Assembly: GCA_030704615.1 (NCBI GenBank)
Contig: CM060732.1
Span: 63,674,001-63,738,000, forward strand
Origin: Takakia lepidozioides
Taxonomy: Eukaryota > Plantae > Bryophyta
DNA length: 64,000 nt
Direction of reading: 5' to 3'
Shown: positions 11,830 through 25,379 of the stretch, piece by piece
Layout of the letters: each line of letters begins with the position of its first letter
How positions within the stretch are numbered: the stretch's first letter is position 1
Program-made: the position numbers and the translations under genes
Notes under the pieces: model-generated
Databases searched by the model: none
Told to the model about the DNA's origin: nothing
The model's input: only the letters and a program-made list of their open reading frames with translations

Positions 11830-14800
11830 ATGAGTGCTGCAAGTAGTCTACTGCGGCAGGGGAAAACCGAGTTGCTGTCATCTCTGATTAAGCATCAACA
11901 GTGTCAAATTGATCGATTGTTCCCATCTCATTTAGCAAACAGATACAATTTCCGGAAGTTTGCGACAAGTGAGGCTCGTTCAAGGAAAACATCACCAGCA
12001 ATTCTAGCTGAGGTACAGATCTGTGATACTGATGTAAACTTTAGGTTGCATGAATTTACAAGTTCATGCAGCAGTATGGCAGATCTGTGCTTGTAACTGA
12101 CATGCCCAGGGAGGTGCTTGTGATATCATCCTTTCATTCATAAGAAACATTTTTGCATAGTTAGGGTCATGGAAAAGTATCTCAAACAACTTACTTTCTT
12201 ACACCTTGAACCCTAAACCCCGAGGATAACCTAGCCATTTGTCGTATGTCAATTTTTGGTTCCCTATGAGGTCATCTCCTGGCAAGCGGTGAGTTATGGT
12301 TGGGGTCGACTGGTATTTGGTCCCTTGAATGGCTGTCAGCGTCAAACTCTAGCTGGCATCTGACAATCGGGAATTTGATCACATTGTAAGAGTTAATACC
12401 TGTAGGGTGCAATCTAATATACTAATCAGCGAGGATGCCTAGTCACGTCCTTCAGAGTTCTTTGGACTAATTACCTCAACAAATCTACCTACCAGTAGTT
12501 TATTTATCGGACTTTCCCACTTGTTCAAACTCGACTCTCATATGCTTGTACTGTGGGGCATCCAGGCTTGTCGTTCTGTAGTTGGTGCTTCATGCGTTCC
12601 AGCAAGTGCCGGGTCCCGGTGTTTCACAACTTCCCCACTTGGCAAGTCACCGATGTCCACAGCACCAGACTCCTCTTTTTTTCCAGGTGATTATTTATTT
12701 TGCAATTCTTCAGTGTTGGTGAGTCTGCCCCAGTAATTTTATTGAAGGTGTACTGAAAGGCCTGAGAAACCCGACCTGGTGCATGTCTGCTCTGTTATCT
12801 GTCCACTTTATCTTGCAGAACTCATTTGGAAGATGCCTTCTACGTCTTTGTGACAGTTTCTGGCTTTTGGAGCCAGTTAGGTGAATGTTAGTATTCCCCT
12901 TTTCTGTCCCTCATACTTGCTTTCTGGATGAGAGAGAATTCAAGCTGTTGTAAGTGTCTCACCTCTTGTTGTCACTGCTGTTAATTGACGCATGATCTGT
13001 AATGGCAGGTAAGGTGATAAAACTTAGCTTTGTGGCATTAACAGCTGCGGCTGTTTCAGCAGCTGTGTATTGGGCTTTGGAGGAGACAGTATTCAAGGGT
13101 TATTCCAGAGAAGTCAAATCCATGCTACCTCCAGAAGGTTGGTTGGGTCCTGAAAAGATCCAACATCTTCATCAGTCGAAGGAAGGGATGGAGGGGATAC
13201 CCAAGATGATTGAAAGAAGGCCAGTGGTGGCTGGAGGGGCTGAAAGCATGCACCAGGTGACTGACAGAAAGCCAATAGTGGCTACAGACACGACAGGAGG
13301 GATGGATAGAAACGAAGAGGTGATTGAGGAGACTGAAAGCAAGTCTCAGGTGACTGGAGAGATTGAAAGAGACCGTCAGATTATTGAGGAGACTGAAAGA
13401 AGGCCCCTGGTGCTTGCAATCAAAGGCAACACTACAGAAGATAGGACTGTTGTTGACATCCAAATGACTGAGTCTCCAAAATTGGTAGAATATGATGTAC
13501 CCTCTAACCTACACGAAGAGGGTGGAGAAACAGCTGACCAAGAGATTGTGAGTGAAAGAGAGGCCCAGCAACTATGGGGCCAACCAGATGATGAGTTTCC
13601 GCAGAAAACTGCAGGGGAACTACCCTCAAGTTACCAGGAGGAGAAAGAAAGAAATGAAGAAGAAATACCTGAGCAATCAAGAACAGACGAGAATTCTCCA
13701 GAAGAGCACCTTGACGAGTTGACTATTAAGGTACTCCACATTCGCATGGAGGATGAAGATGAGGAAAATGTGAACATGACAGTGGAGTCTGCATCTTCTG
13801 GGGCACATATAATTGACGAACCACAGGTGCATGATTGTTTATTTAGCAGTGATAAGTCCGTCATATGGCACAAACCTGTTCTATCTTGCTTTGTTATTAC
13901 TGATTATTACTCAGACATTTTTGGCTGTGAAACGATCATAAGCCAGGCAGCTCATTCTCATTTCAAGGAAGCTGTTTGTCTCACCGTGGTTCGTCAGGTG
14001 CCGGAGAGGGTCACTGCTGAAGAAGATTATCATGATCCTTTTCCAGAGGATTTTCTGCCAAATGGTCACGAAGTCCTGAGGCAGGATAAAGGAGAGATGG
14101 TGGTTGAGACCATGGGTGATTCTGAAAGACAAGAGGTACAGTCATTGGATCAAAGCAAATAATGATACTATTGGACTGGGTTTCCCATGTGCAAATAACC
14201 TCACTGCCTCATAGGTTTTTGTTTTGTGGTTTTCTCACCATGCAATGCCTTCGCACTGAGTACGTTCTCCGGACTTGTAATTTTTTGTGTTCTAGTACAA
14301 GCCCTTGTACTGAATCAGGCGATTATATACTTTAACATCTCCAATGGACATAGTAATTTTCTCTTCACTGTAAATTCACTGGACGGTAAAGAAACTTTAT
14401 CTTATCTTATCTTCCCTTTCTTTCTTTCTTTCTCACCCAAGTAATATTTTCTCATCGTGTACCTCTTAAATGGCACAGGTAGAGGAATCAAATACAAAGG
14501 GACATGATCAGCATGGCCCACAGAAGAATCAAGTCTTAGAAGAAGGAGATGTTGATTTGGCGGGAGCAACTCATGATGCAGAAATGAGGCAGGCCGAGAC
14601 TGGTGCCAGGGCGTTTGAAGAAGATCTGAGTAGACTGAAGGTGTGTGGAAGTTGACTGCTCAGGGAAGTTACTTAATGGGTTTATAAAAGCACAAAGAAT
14701 GAAAGTTTGATAGCTGTCTGAGAGAATGGTAATGAGGGCCTTACAGAGAGTCTAAACAAACTTGTGAAGGTATCTTTTCATATTTTTCCTTTTGCAAGAG

Positions 14801-17800
14801 AGTCTGTGTACTCTGCACCTCAATCTTCTTTCTGCTTTTCTATCTCCAGTTCATAGATAAGCTATAGTTAGCCACTGCGGAACAGAGCTGAAATGCTAAA
14901 TGTTACTTAATTTGAGTCTTACTTCGCAAGGAATCACAATGATTTCCAGGAAGAACATGAGCATGTGTTGAAGGAGGTTCAGGCAGAGAACTTAAGGCTC
15001 ACAGTGTATGCCAGCAGGCTTGAAAAGGTTCTCCTTCTCCTCGCTTCTTCATCTCCTCCTTCTGGCCCTTGTAGGCACGCTCTCTCTTGAGTCTTGATCG
15101 ACTGCTCTCTCTCTTTCCCCGTGTACTCCCTGATGTGATGTCAATGCCAGTAGATTGTCAGCTGGGTGGATTGAAAGTCCAGAAGTGGCTCCAGGATCAT
15201 TAGTTCCTGTGCCCCCCACTATGCCATGGAGGGTACTTCACTGGCGAAGCAAGGACCATTGGTGAATTGAACTTGTTTGTTGCCATACTGGTGCCAGGAC
15301 TTGGATATGGAGAAGCAGAGAGCAGAAGATCGATTGCAGCAACAACAACAAAGGGCGGAAGAGAGGTTGCACAGTGAACTCAAGTGCAAGGTAGTGCTAA
15401 ATTTAGGTCTATGATTTTTGGTTCCCCTTATGGTGCCATGTTTTGTTCCTGACCATTATTAGGTTTCTCTTTAAAGATTAGGTTCTTGGCTACAACTTTT
15501 TCTTGGACGAATCTTCTGTCACCATTCTAGAAAGATGTCAAAAACTCAGTGGGGCTGTACGCACTGTGGGGGGGAGTCAATGGGACAGCCTGATCAACAC
15601 TATCCAAGAAGTACTTGAAGTGTCATGTCCTCCAAGATCGACTACTAGTAGATTCAAGGCTGCTATATTCTTTCTTCTTTTGTTGCTTGTGGTTCCATGC
15701 TGTTCCATGTCTTTGAGAGATCCATGGTGTCTTCTTTGAAAGAGCATCCACAGTTGCCTTGGACATTGTCTATATTTTTCCATTGATTTACCTGTCAAAT
15801 GTAAGGATGAAGTTCTCCTGCCCTCTTAATATACTACTTGTTTCACCTTTTGGTCCCAAAATGCACAACAGCAGAAGGAAGTGTTGTGTTGTTTTGTTGC
15901 TTCCAAGAGATCACCCAGGGGTTAAGGCACTGTTGCCACTCTGGAGGTGGTGGTCCTTGGCTCAAATTGATGTAGCCTAGGGTGGGAAATGTCTATTGCA
16001 GCATTGTATATTGGGGTTAGTTTGACAATAGAGCTTAACAAATAATTGAGAAGTCAGCGTCTGTTTGAGTACAATCTGATGTCTTTTCTCTACGATTGAT
16101 TAGGATGATGAGGCAAAGAGAGAGGTTGAGGAAATGGAGCTGTTTACCAAGGCCCACACAATTGCTGCTGTTACTCGCGAAAAAGCTAAGCATTTGGAGG
16201 ATACTCGGGATCTGCAAACACAGGTACAGGGCTCATCTGTAGCTTCTCTCCCAGCTTCCAACGGGGAACCCAGTGATTTGGGCTCAGTGGCCACTCTGGG
16301 TGGTCCAAGGTGTAAATGCATATGGGCCTACATTCACCCAGGGGGAGGTAAGCCCAGACAATTCTAAGTAGTGAAATGCCTCGGGGTCTGTTGGCAATTC
16401 AAGTAGCCAGTAAAAAATGCCCACCTTTGGATTGGAGGCAAGGAGCCTTGATGGGTTTAAGGAGGCTGTAAGCTAGTGTACTCCACCCATGCTTTTTCTC
16501 TTCTCTACACATAGATGGGTGTCCTGCATGATAAATTCTGAACAATTTGTCCTCCTAAGATTATTTCCCTCTCAAGCAAAGTGAAGTAGATTATTTCGGT
16601 CTTCCCCTTCTTTCCCATCACTCCTTAAACTGTCCTTTGTAGAGACACTAATTGGAAAGGTTACTTTTTAAAGAGTTCCAAATACCTTTGGTTTGTGATG
16701 TTGCTCTTTGCATGGCAGGTAGAAGCACTCTATAAAGCTTACTATGTGCAGTCGGAGGAGGCCAAAGTGGGTCATACAACGCACAAGCTGGCTATGGTCA
16801 GCTCTCATCCATGTTCTATTTTGTATCAGATATGGAGATGTGTATTCATTGTACGTTCTAACACTTCGATATGTAAGGAACAGTACAAGACTCTCCAAAG
16901 TGTGCATCTGCCATCTGTTGCTGACATTCCCAGAAGCACATTCATTATGTGAACGGCTGTGACTGGCCTACTACATGTAGAGTAGGGAGCGTAGAGATGT
17001 CTCACACAAATGGGTGACATAGGCGGAGGGAAAGACTTCGAAGTTGTTGCTAGGATGAATATACATTGAAGGTAACAGATGATCTGATCCATTTCCAATG
17101 TAATGCTGTGAACTTCATTTGGCAGTTCTTCACTTCATAATCACATAATTACCTTCAGCTTTAAATTTTGTTTGCAGGGAGCTTTTGCATTTGAGGATGC
17201 AATGTTGAGGGGGGTCCCAGTTGAGAAAGAAGTTCAGCTTCTTTTGGAAGCTACTGGTGGACAAGGATGTGACAAGCTAGTAGAGGTGGCGCTTTTGTCT
17301 TTGCCAGAGGACACTGTGAAAAAGGGTCCGTGGACTTATCTGCAGCTACAGGAAGAGGCAAGTCCAGCTTGCTCTCCGGATTCCAGTTGCATTTGGCTGC
17401 AGTCATATCTGGAAAATGCAGTGATGTAATCATTGAGAAGCTGGTGAAAGATGCTTCACGTTACTCATCATCATCTCATAACCCTCACTTCTCTCTCACT
17501 AAAGTTTCTCCTACCTTGCTCTTCCCTGCTCTTGCTTCTGCTTCTTCCAAACCAGGAACTGGCTCATTGGCTATTCCAAAGCTAGGTCTAATGTGCACAT
17601 ACCTCTCTTGTCCTCTTTGCTGCAGTTTGTTAGCTTGGAGGGGTCCTTGAGGGAACTTTCGTTGATTCCAGCAGCTGGTCAAGGAGGATTGTTCACTCAC
17701 CTTGTTGCACGTATTGCCTCAACTTTGAAGGTACTCTGTCTTTGTTTGGTTGGAAAAATTTGATTTTGAAAGATGTAAGCTTTGTGAAGCTCTGAATGAG

Positions 17801-18508
17801 AAAACGTTTGTGTTCGGACGATTTCAAGCGCATGCAACAATGCAATCATGTGTTGTTTGATAAAATAGATTGTTCACAAGCTTATGCTAACTTCCAAGAC
17901 AGTTTTCCTGTCTTTCTGATCAAGTTTTGGAATGGGTCCCGGAATCCAATGTGCCTATCCAATGTGCCTATCTTTGAGGTTGGATCATACACCTCTCAAA
18001 ATCGATACTAGGAACCAGGGAGGGGTTTGGTAACGAAAATTTTTGCTCGCCATTACCAAATGACATCTCATCGGAAGGCAGTAGGCATAAAGGGTCAAAG
18101 GGGTTCCAACTAGTTATGCTAGATATGCAGGGACTATGTCAACTGAGGGGATATCATTGCCAATGTTTACAAGGAGATCTCTCTGTCCCTCTCTCTTTGG
18201 CGCCACCCTGCAGTTATAATCTTTTCCCTCTGATGCAGTGAATGTGTTCTTATCTCTGCTTCTTATCCCAGGTGCGTGAAGAAGTGGGAGGTCAAGGGGT
18301 GGAGGCAACAATATCCAAGGTAGAAAGGTGCCTTGCAGAGCGTAAACTCGTGGAAGCTGTGGATGTCCTAGCGAGAGGTTTGGAAGGCACAAAAGCTGAA
18401 AATTTAGTTGCTAGGTGGACAGAGCAGGCACGGAGACGTGTCATAGCGGAACAGGCATTGACGATGATTCAGGCACATGCCATTGTCATAGCTTCCAGTC
18501 TGGCATGA
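11830..18508 (+). CDS. MIC60: MICOS complex subunit MIC60 (mitofilin); first exon tentative
   Basis: Exons 11830-12012 (tentative, presequence-like), 12566-12686, 13009-13826, 13998-14135, 14479-14640, 14950-15027, 15298-15390, 16104-16223, 16719-16796, 17178-17357 (GC donor), 17626-17730, 18272-18508. N-terminal TM segment, coiled coil and the mitofilin motifs SEEAK..HKLAMGA, LRELSLIP..GGL, WTEQARRRVIAEQAL. Confidence 0.9.
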
Positions 18509-20199
18509 ATATCACGGAATTGATTTTGCCAGACTCGTGTTTTGAGGCGTTGGAAATCTCTCTGGTTGCAGGGTGCCTATTTGCAGTGTCCTTGAGAACT
18601 GCAGTTTTGGCAGCTGACAACGGGATGTGTGGACTATACTCTTGTGTTGCTGAGCATAAATATTGAAGAGACAGCCTCTCTCTCTCTCTCTCGTCCACCC
18701 CATGGGAAAATAGTACTCATGAGCTCAATAGCTGAGCAATAGGTGGCAATTCCCGTTGTCAATGAGCTGCATATGTAAAAAATACTGGATACAGAATTTT
18801 GTTTAAACCCCCTTGAGCTGAGCTACATTACTTCTGACCACAGATCAATCAATCAAGTACTCAAGAGGATAGGCAGGGTTGAAGCCACCAACCTGCCTCG
18901 GGTCAATTAGGCCTACCCGAGGCCCGTTTGGTTCAGGATATGGTGATTATCACGGCCACAGTCACACTCAATACATTGACAGCTATGGCCTGATAACTGA
19001 TAAACCATTCCTGCCATCCCAGCATCCTATCAAGGAGTAGTTGTAATCTGTGAATGTATGTCACAAACATGACAGTGCCTCGATTGTGAGTTGAGAGCTG
19101 ATGCTGTAAGTGTGTGCATGGGTGGACTCGAGAGACTGACTGGAGAGACTTCAGTCTAGTATATCTCCAGCTCCTACAAAGAAAAATGCCTCTAGAAAAG
19201 CCTTTGGTTTGTGTGATGAGACGGTAGACCCATCATTCTTGTGGGTTGTGCATTGTGCACTTCCCATCCAAGGTGTTGCTCATTTGCGTCTGCCATTTTT
19301 GGACTAGCTCCTCCCCGCAGTCCACAATATACCAAAGGACCAATCTCCTTGTTATTCAGCACAGATTTGTTGTAGCACATGTGAAGCTTTTGACAACAAG
19401 ACTTGTTTCACCAGGATTGGATCCGTGACCTCAATCCGTGTTGACGATCCCAATTCATGAATGGGCACATTGCTTGTATTCATGACCAGATATCCAAAAC
19501 ATTTGACAACTAGGGCGCCTGTGATTGTGTAGACCTTTAGGATCTCGTGTAATGTAGTTTATGAGTTCCTAGTCTTGATACGTCTCACTACATATACTCC
19601 AAAAAAGATAAACGGTTCACGTACTTATCATTACATCTGAAGAGAAATTTAGCTAGCAACTGTTTCATGAATCCAATTGACAAAGTCTTGAATTAATGCC
19701 CATGATGCTCCGGGCATGCTCCGAGATCATAAAGTACCTTGACATTCTAGTAATCTGCGAGATGTGTAAAAAGAAAACATGGATCATACAATACTCCCTG
19801 GCAAAGGTGACCAGGAATGGAATCGAGGTGGGATCTGTAAACTGGAGACAACGTGGGATGGAATTCCGGAAACAGGTCAATAGGGATCGTTTTAATGTAG
19901 TGGGGGCCTGCTGTCAGGTCCCTGTCCCTTTGCACCGTGCGGCCTCATTACGACGAGGCCACACATATACAAATTCAGAGACCGCGCAACTCTTCAGTGT
20001 CCATCTGTACAAATGTAACTGGCTCCACTGTAACCAGCTCGAATGTTGCATCTATAAATGAACACCCACTTGCACCATCTATTGGAGAACAAAATCAGAA
20101 TACTGCAATTATATTTTTTGAATTCGCCTAAATTTTTTCAACCATTTATTGAGTTGGTTTCTATTTGATCTCTTTGATGCACCTTAGATCATTCTTATT

Positions 20200-21450
20200 T
20201 TGGTGTAGTATAGGCTTGTGATGGTATTTCCCTGTTGGCATCTACAATGAGCTTGTTGGTAACTTCGGTTACATATTTGTTTTCATATGTATTGCACATA
20301 AGATATTCAGTTTGTAATTTTTGGCTTCTTGTAACTAGATCTTATGTATATTATTATGACACTAAATTATCATCCAAATATGGGAATTCTATGCCTTGCA
20401 TCGTCAAATTTATCGTCTTCGTACATTCCGTCTTGATGTCTTCAACATTTTTGTGAATCTGATCATTTTTGGATTTTTGTTATTTAGTAACGCTTTGTCA
20501 AAATCTCGTGATTCTTTGCATTTATGTAGCATATCAATATTTGCGATGATTTTTCTGTTGAATTATGAACATTTTGGTTACAGTTCATATAAAGTGTCTT
20601 CCCAACTTTGTGGCCTTCTTGGCTTTAAGTCGTGGAAAGATCTCCATGGCATAAACATAATATAAGTAGCACGAGCATCCGTTGCTGCATTTTTTTTTTA
20701 AAGGTATTTTGAAGCTTTGTATTAATGGTACTTTAGTAATCTGATATTCATATACAGTGTCAGTATTCGTTTGTGGATGTTCATGCATGAATTTATAAAG
20801 GTAAGGATTTTTTACCTTGCATGATTTATTACAAAGCTCATCAGGTAACATTTCCCTCGAATTTATGTGGCCTATTTTGGTAGTCGCAAAAATTATACAA
20901 AATTATCTTGTCGTTTTGTTTAGATCTTTCGACTTTGAATATTTCAATTTTTCGTTGTTGTTATCGTCATGTATGTTGTGCAAATCATTGTTTTTATCTT
21001 TGTTCGATCAATATTGTTGTTGTTCATGAATCCATGCACATAAATGCAAATCCATGGATTTTAGTTCATTGGTTCTTCAGCAAAGGCTATGATATACTAC
21101 ATTACAGATTCCATTACAAAAAATTTCCGTCTATACATCACACACATGTATTCACAAGTTTGCAAATAACCGTACAAAAGATTCAAACGAACATTCAGTT
21201 GACAAAGCCGTAAATCATTAATTAGATGTTTAAATACGATCGGATCTCAATAAGAGATGGACCTCTTCCTTGACACTTAGTGCAATAGCAGTAGGATATG
21301 ATCTTAATCCACATTACATAACATCTATACCTTGTAAGTAATAAGCATAATCTGTGCAACAGGCCTAACCTAGAAAGAGTTCCGTCCTTTGTTTCAACAC
21401 CTAGTTGTTCTACAACATCTAACATGCATAACATCCAATATTTAACACGC
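20200..21450 (-). pseudogene. Heavily decayed AT-rich ORF with a PHD-finger-like remnant, probably TE-derived
   Basis: Across frameshifts at ~21040-21150: C..CNGICNVVYHSLC...PWICIY. Long stop-interrupted reading continues to ~20585. Confidence 0.35.
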
Positions 21451-22249
21451 ATTCCCCATCCAATCAGAAGTCAAGTTGCAAGTGTTGTGTACGTACGGTG
21501 ACTCTTTATAGTATAATTGTCGATGAACTACAGGCAAGCTACAACGTAAGTGAAATATATCAACAGACTGTGGCACTGGGCATCTGCAATGACCTGATGA
21601 AGGATTTGGAATTGACTTGCGAATTTCTTAGCAGATCCACGCCCTGCATGCAAAACAACTTCAATACAGGGCGTAGAAGACGGTTTACCTGGCGCACTAG
21701 GCCACTCCCAGTATCTGTGCGAGAAGAAAAAGGAAGATCGATAATTATTGGAAACTCTTCTGATGCGTGAAGCATGTGCCACCAAACTGGGGCAGGAGTC
21801 ACCCGTACCGATTCTCTATAAAAGAGGTCGTCACAGTGACTGTCGCACCCCCAAAAGCTAACATGGCTGAGAATGCCCAAGTGATGACGAGAAAATAATG
21901 GATGCTCTCCTCAATCCAGCAATCTAGCTCCTCCGATTCCAAGGATTGTATGAAAGAAATTTGGCACTGAAATGACTCATGGTTTTTCTTACCTCAACCA
22001 TCGTGGATTGTTTATGGTCCCCCGAGACGGTGGCGTCTCCTACTCTTCTGTAAAAGCGGAGGGAGAGGAAGCCGCTGTCTTGGTTAAATAATTCCGTTAG
22101 GAAATTGTTGTTTGATACTGATTATCCTCCAGCAAGGATGTGTTAGAGGCGTTGCAAGAATTGAGGAAAGACAACCAAAAGAGGTTACTTTCAGGTTGGA
22201 CGTTCTTTGTTGTTAGAATTTATAAGAGAATCATCCCTTCCTTACCCAA

Positions 22250-23400
22250 ACGCATGAGGCCAATTTAACCTCCCCAATAGCCTCTGCATGCTGCTGCACA
22301 TCATCCTCTATCTTCTTGAAGTATGCTGACCTGTCCTCCCCAACAAAACCTTGTTATCCTCTCTTCCTTCCTTTCCACAAGAAATCTAGGAAAACATGCC
22401 TCACCAAGGCTTCATGTTGCTTTTGGGCTGCTGCTGGCTTCTCTCTGTCTTTTATTCTTTCTTGTTTCTTGCTTTCCTTTTGTCCCATCAGCTCTTTGAG
22501 CTTTCTGCAGACGTTATAAAGGTCCATTTTACTGCATTTCATTTCATGTTGCTCAAAAGCAAGTACCTTACAACTATTGACAACAGGTTCACCTGATTTA
22601 TCTGGAAAAGAGAAATGTCAGAACACGGGATCAACAGGAACATACTTCTTGGTGATCTCTGCCAGGTGCATCAGCCATGCCTTAGCCTGAATTAGTAACC
22701 GGCCAGGCCCAGCTTCATCTCCTGTCCGACCCAGGGCTGCTCCTTCCACTTTACTTTTGACAATCCTGTGCAGCTTCCCAATCTTCACTGACCGTTTCAA
22801 CTTTACTGCTTTGTTGGTTCGTAAGGGTCCACTTCCCGGTGGGGGAGGGGGTGGGGGAGGAGGGGGAGGTGCACCCAGTTTCTTGGTACCAGGTATAATG
22901 ATTGGCAACTCACTGCTCTTCATTGTTGTGGTTAAGGAATGGCTGCTGTTCGCTGCAGTTGTCCCATAAACAGCAGGGATCCCTGGGCCAGATCACTGGG
23001 TGGAGCATCAGTCTGAAAAACACGTGGAAATGTCTGTCGCATCCACTTCTTCCTCCTCTCGTCATGTGCCCAATCTGTGCTAGGTAGAGAGGGCTACAGT
23101 AGCAGTGCCTGGAATCAACATAATGCCTCCTAAGAGATGTTGTGTACGCCACATAAAAGGTAAACTCCGTGAGTCCTCTATTGCATTTCTGGTCGGCAGT
23201 GCGTGGGGAGCCTCCTGGAGCTGTGGATGTTGCAGCCTTGAATTCGTATGAACTTGATAAATTGCGCCTTAGCCTGCAAACCTTATGGCAGGCATTCCAT
23301 GTCTACAACTTGCCGGTGGCCATGATGATGAGTCTGAAAAACCCACCTCTGAGCTTGCCTATTTACCAGTACATATCTTGTAAAATAGTGTCAATCCAAA
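22250..23400 (-). pseudogene. CHUP1-like (At4g04980-type) gene remnant
   Basis: Poly-Pro, then KLKRSVKIGKLHRIVKSKVEG, a frameshifted GMADA-LAEITKK, and the exon RSAYFKKIEDDVQQHAEAIGEVK (~22260-22331). Frameshifted and truncated. Confidence 0.75.
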
Positions 23401-24103
23401 TCACCAGTCCTCACTAATTATGTGATGACCGAGGGTGATTTCATTGGCGTGCTTACCAAGGTGGCCAGAGCAGATGCTACATCGGAGAGAGAGCGAGGAA
23501 AACTCAATGAGTGAGGGCATGAGAAGTCAGTTAGTGTATGAACAAACATGGAGCCAAGGGCAGCACCCTTGCAAAGAGTATGAGGCAGTACCTTCTTCCA
23601 GCGTCTCGGTTTGAAGTTGTGAGAAGCACTCAGGCCTTAACTCAAAGCCTGAAGATGGTACAAGCCTGTAAAACAGAATTTACATCGGAATTTATCTATT
23701 TATTTAAGAGAAGAGAAAAAAGAAAGTGGAACCTCGTTATTCTGCCTTCGTGGCTTTCTGCACGGTTAACTTTTCCTTACCTATTTTTCAGGGCTACAAT
23801 CCCCCCTGTTCTCATAAAAAGAAAAGGGCATAATGTTACGAAGGGGCGGGCTTTCGGGTTTGAACTCCTCATCATTTGGTCCAAGCTCGTAGATTTCACT
23901 CACTGACAACCAACTTTCCAAGTTCCCCATACCCTACTTTACATTTGTAGGATACTAGGGCTTCGCGTTGCTCCGCACTACTAGCGACGACTTCTGAGAA
24001 GGACGTCCGGAGGGATGGGCCATACTCGAGGATCATGAGAGAGAGAAAATATGGTGGCCCTTACATGGAACGTTTAGATGTGTCTAATTTAAGCTCTACC
24101 AAG

Positions 24104-24834
24104 CTATGCTTTTGCTCCAGTTGTCACTCTGTCTCCTCCTTGTGCTTTGGCCAACAGTTTGACCCCTTTTAATTGGAATGAAAGCCCGTGTTTCTTGTGA
24201 TGGAAATTCATCCAATATTGGATGTTACACTTGACTGCAACGAGATCCCCTGAATGTACGGATTCTCCATCCATTTTTTGGCCATTTTCGTTAAGGACTT
24301 CTATTGTATTGTACATCCCGTCGTTGTTTGTTTTTTGACGTTTGTTGTTACTGGACATCGAGCCAGAGTTGTTGTTTGCGTTAGTTTTTAGGAGCTTTTT
24401 CGTGAAGCTCATGTTGTTTCCACCCATCCACGTCATGTCCTCGCCTCTCCTCCTTCAATTATCGAACCATTCTGTATTGTATTTGCGTAGTCGAACAAGA
24501 AATGGCTGTCTTCTATCAATATTGTGAATTTTGCGTCTTTGAGTTCTTTGGCGAAAGTCACGAATATGTAATTCCCGGTTTTGCCAAGGTAGGGGAATTT
24601 TGCAATACCTATGAAGATTGTTATTACTTCACGGTCCGAAGGGACGTTTCACAAGGCACTGTGGAAGTTTGTACTGTAGGGCAAGCGCTTCCATGTGTTC
24701 CCCACCTTTAGGGCATGATGGTCATTGGATGTGAAACTGTCATATATCGCGTTTGTCATGTCTTGGTGGGTTATTTCCTGAATTTGTTGGTCCATTACAT
24801 TGTCTATTATGTCGGCTATTTCCGACGTTGACAT
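24104..24834 (-). pseudogene. Intronless phage-type (T7 gp2.5/DUF2815-like) OB-fold ssDNA-binding protein, disrupted
   Basis: Reconstructed across TGA 24649-24651, a frameshift near 24506 and TGA 24455-24457: IFIGIAKFPYLGKTGNY...AKFTILIED.PFLVRLRKYNTEWF...MSFTKK...IEVLNENGQKMDGESVHSGDLVAVKCNIQYW...HGLSFQLKGVKLL. Confidence 0.55.
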
Positions 24835-24910
24835 GGTTGTTTGTATGTATGGTGTAGAGAGAGAGAGAGAGAGAGAGAGAGAGGCAGGGGCAGATGAAAG
24901 TATATATCGG
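24835..24910 (-). promoter_or_regulatory. TATA box, (CT)n leader and Kozak-like context for the SSB-like gene
   Basis: On the minus strand: TATATA (~24901-24906), then a CT repeat (24856-24882), then caaacaaccATG. Confidence 0.5.
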
Positions 24911-25379
24911 TGGGTTTCTTAGGAGAATTGTTAAACCCTAAGAGTGCAACTTTAAAATTAATCACGCTAATCTATAGAACTGTGGCTCTCTCTCAGACCG
25001 AGGTTGATGCTACACCGCTTTGTTGGGAAGTTAGGTGCAAAGTGTGATGTAACAGTATGTTATATTCCTCTGCTTCACCTGTACCTGGAAGCATCATTCG
25101 ATTAGGGACCCTCTCACAATCGGTTATTTTTTTAGCAACAACACCTAGTGAAGACGAAAGGCCTAGTCCATTGATGTTTGATTCAGGCCCAGCTATGCTG
25201 ATTGAGGAATTCCAATAGGAGCTGGCCCTTCACTTCCTGCTCACAATTGTTTTGTTCCTGTCATAAAACCAGAGAACCTCACATCAGAACGTAAAGGCTT
25301 ACAAATACATACAGATCCATCTGCACTTTTTCAGTGCTCAAAGACTGGCACAGGCATCAGAATACACATGAGGTTCACC

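Larger units (their letters stand above)
23955..24978 (-). mobile_element. Putative non-autonomous Helitron-like element
   Basis: The minus-strand 3' end reads GCGGAGCAACGCGAAGCCCTAG|T, resembling the plant Helitron GCAACGC...CTAG|T end. Related termini occur at 34134 and 61730. Candidate 5' end TCTATAGATTA at 24978 is preceded by T rather than the usual A. Confidence 0.5.

Noticed and set aside
13002-14162. Stand-alone 386-aa ORF
   Set aside because: It is two MIC60 exons plus a read-through intron; its ATG lies in the upstream intron.
21590-21720. Exon-like pieces (YWEWPSAP / GRGSAKKFASQFQILHQ) on the minus strand
   Set aside because: Splice-like signals are present, but I cannot assign a family or build a gene.
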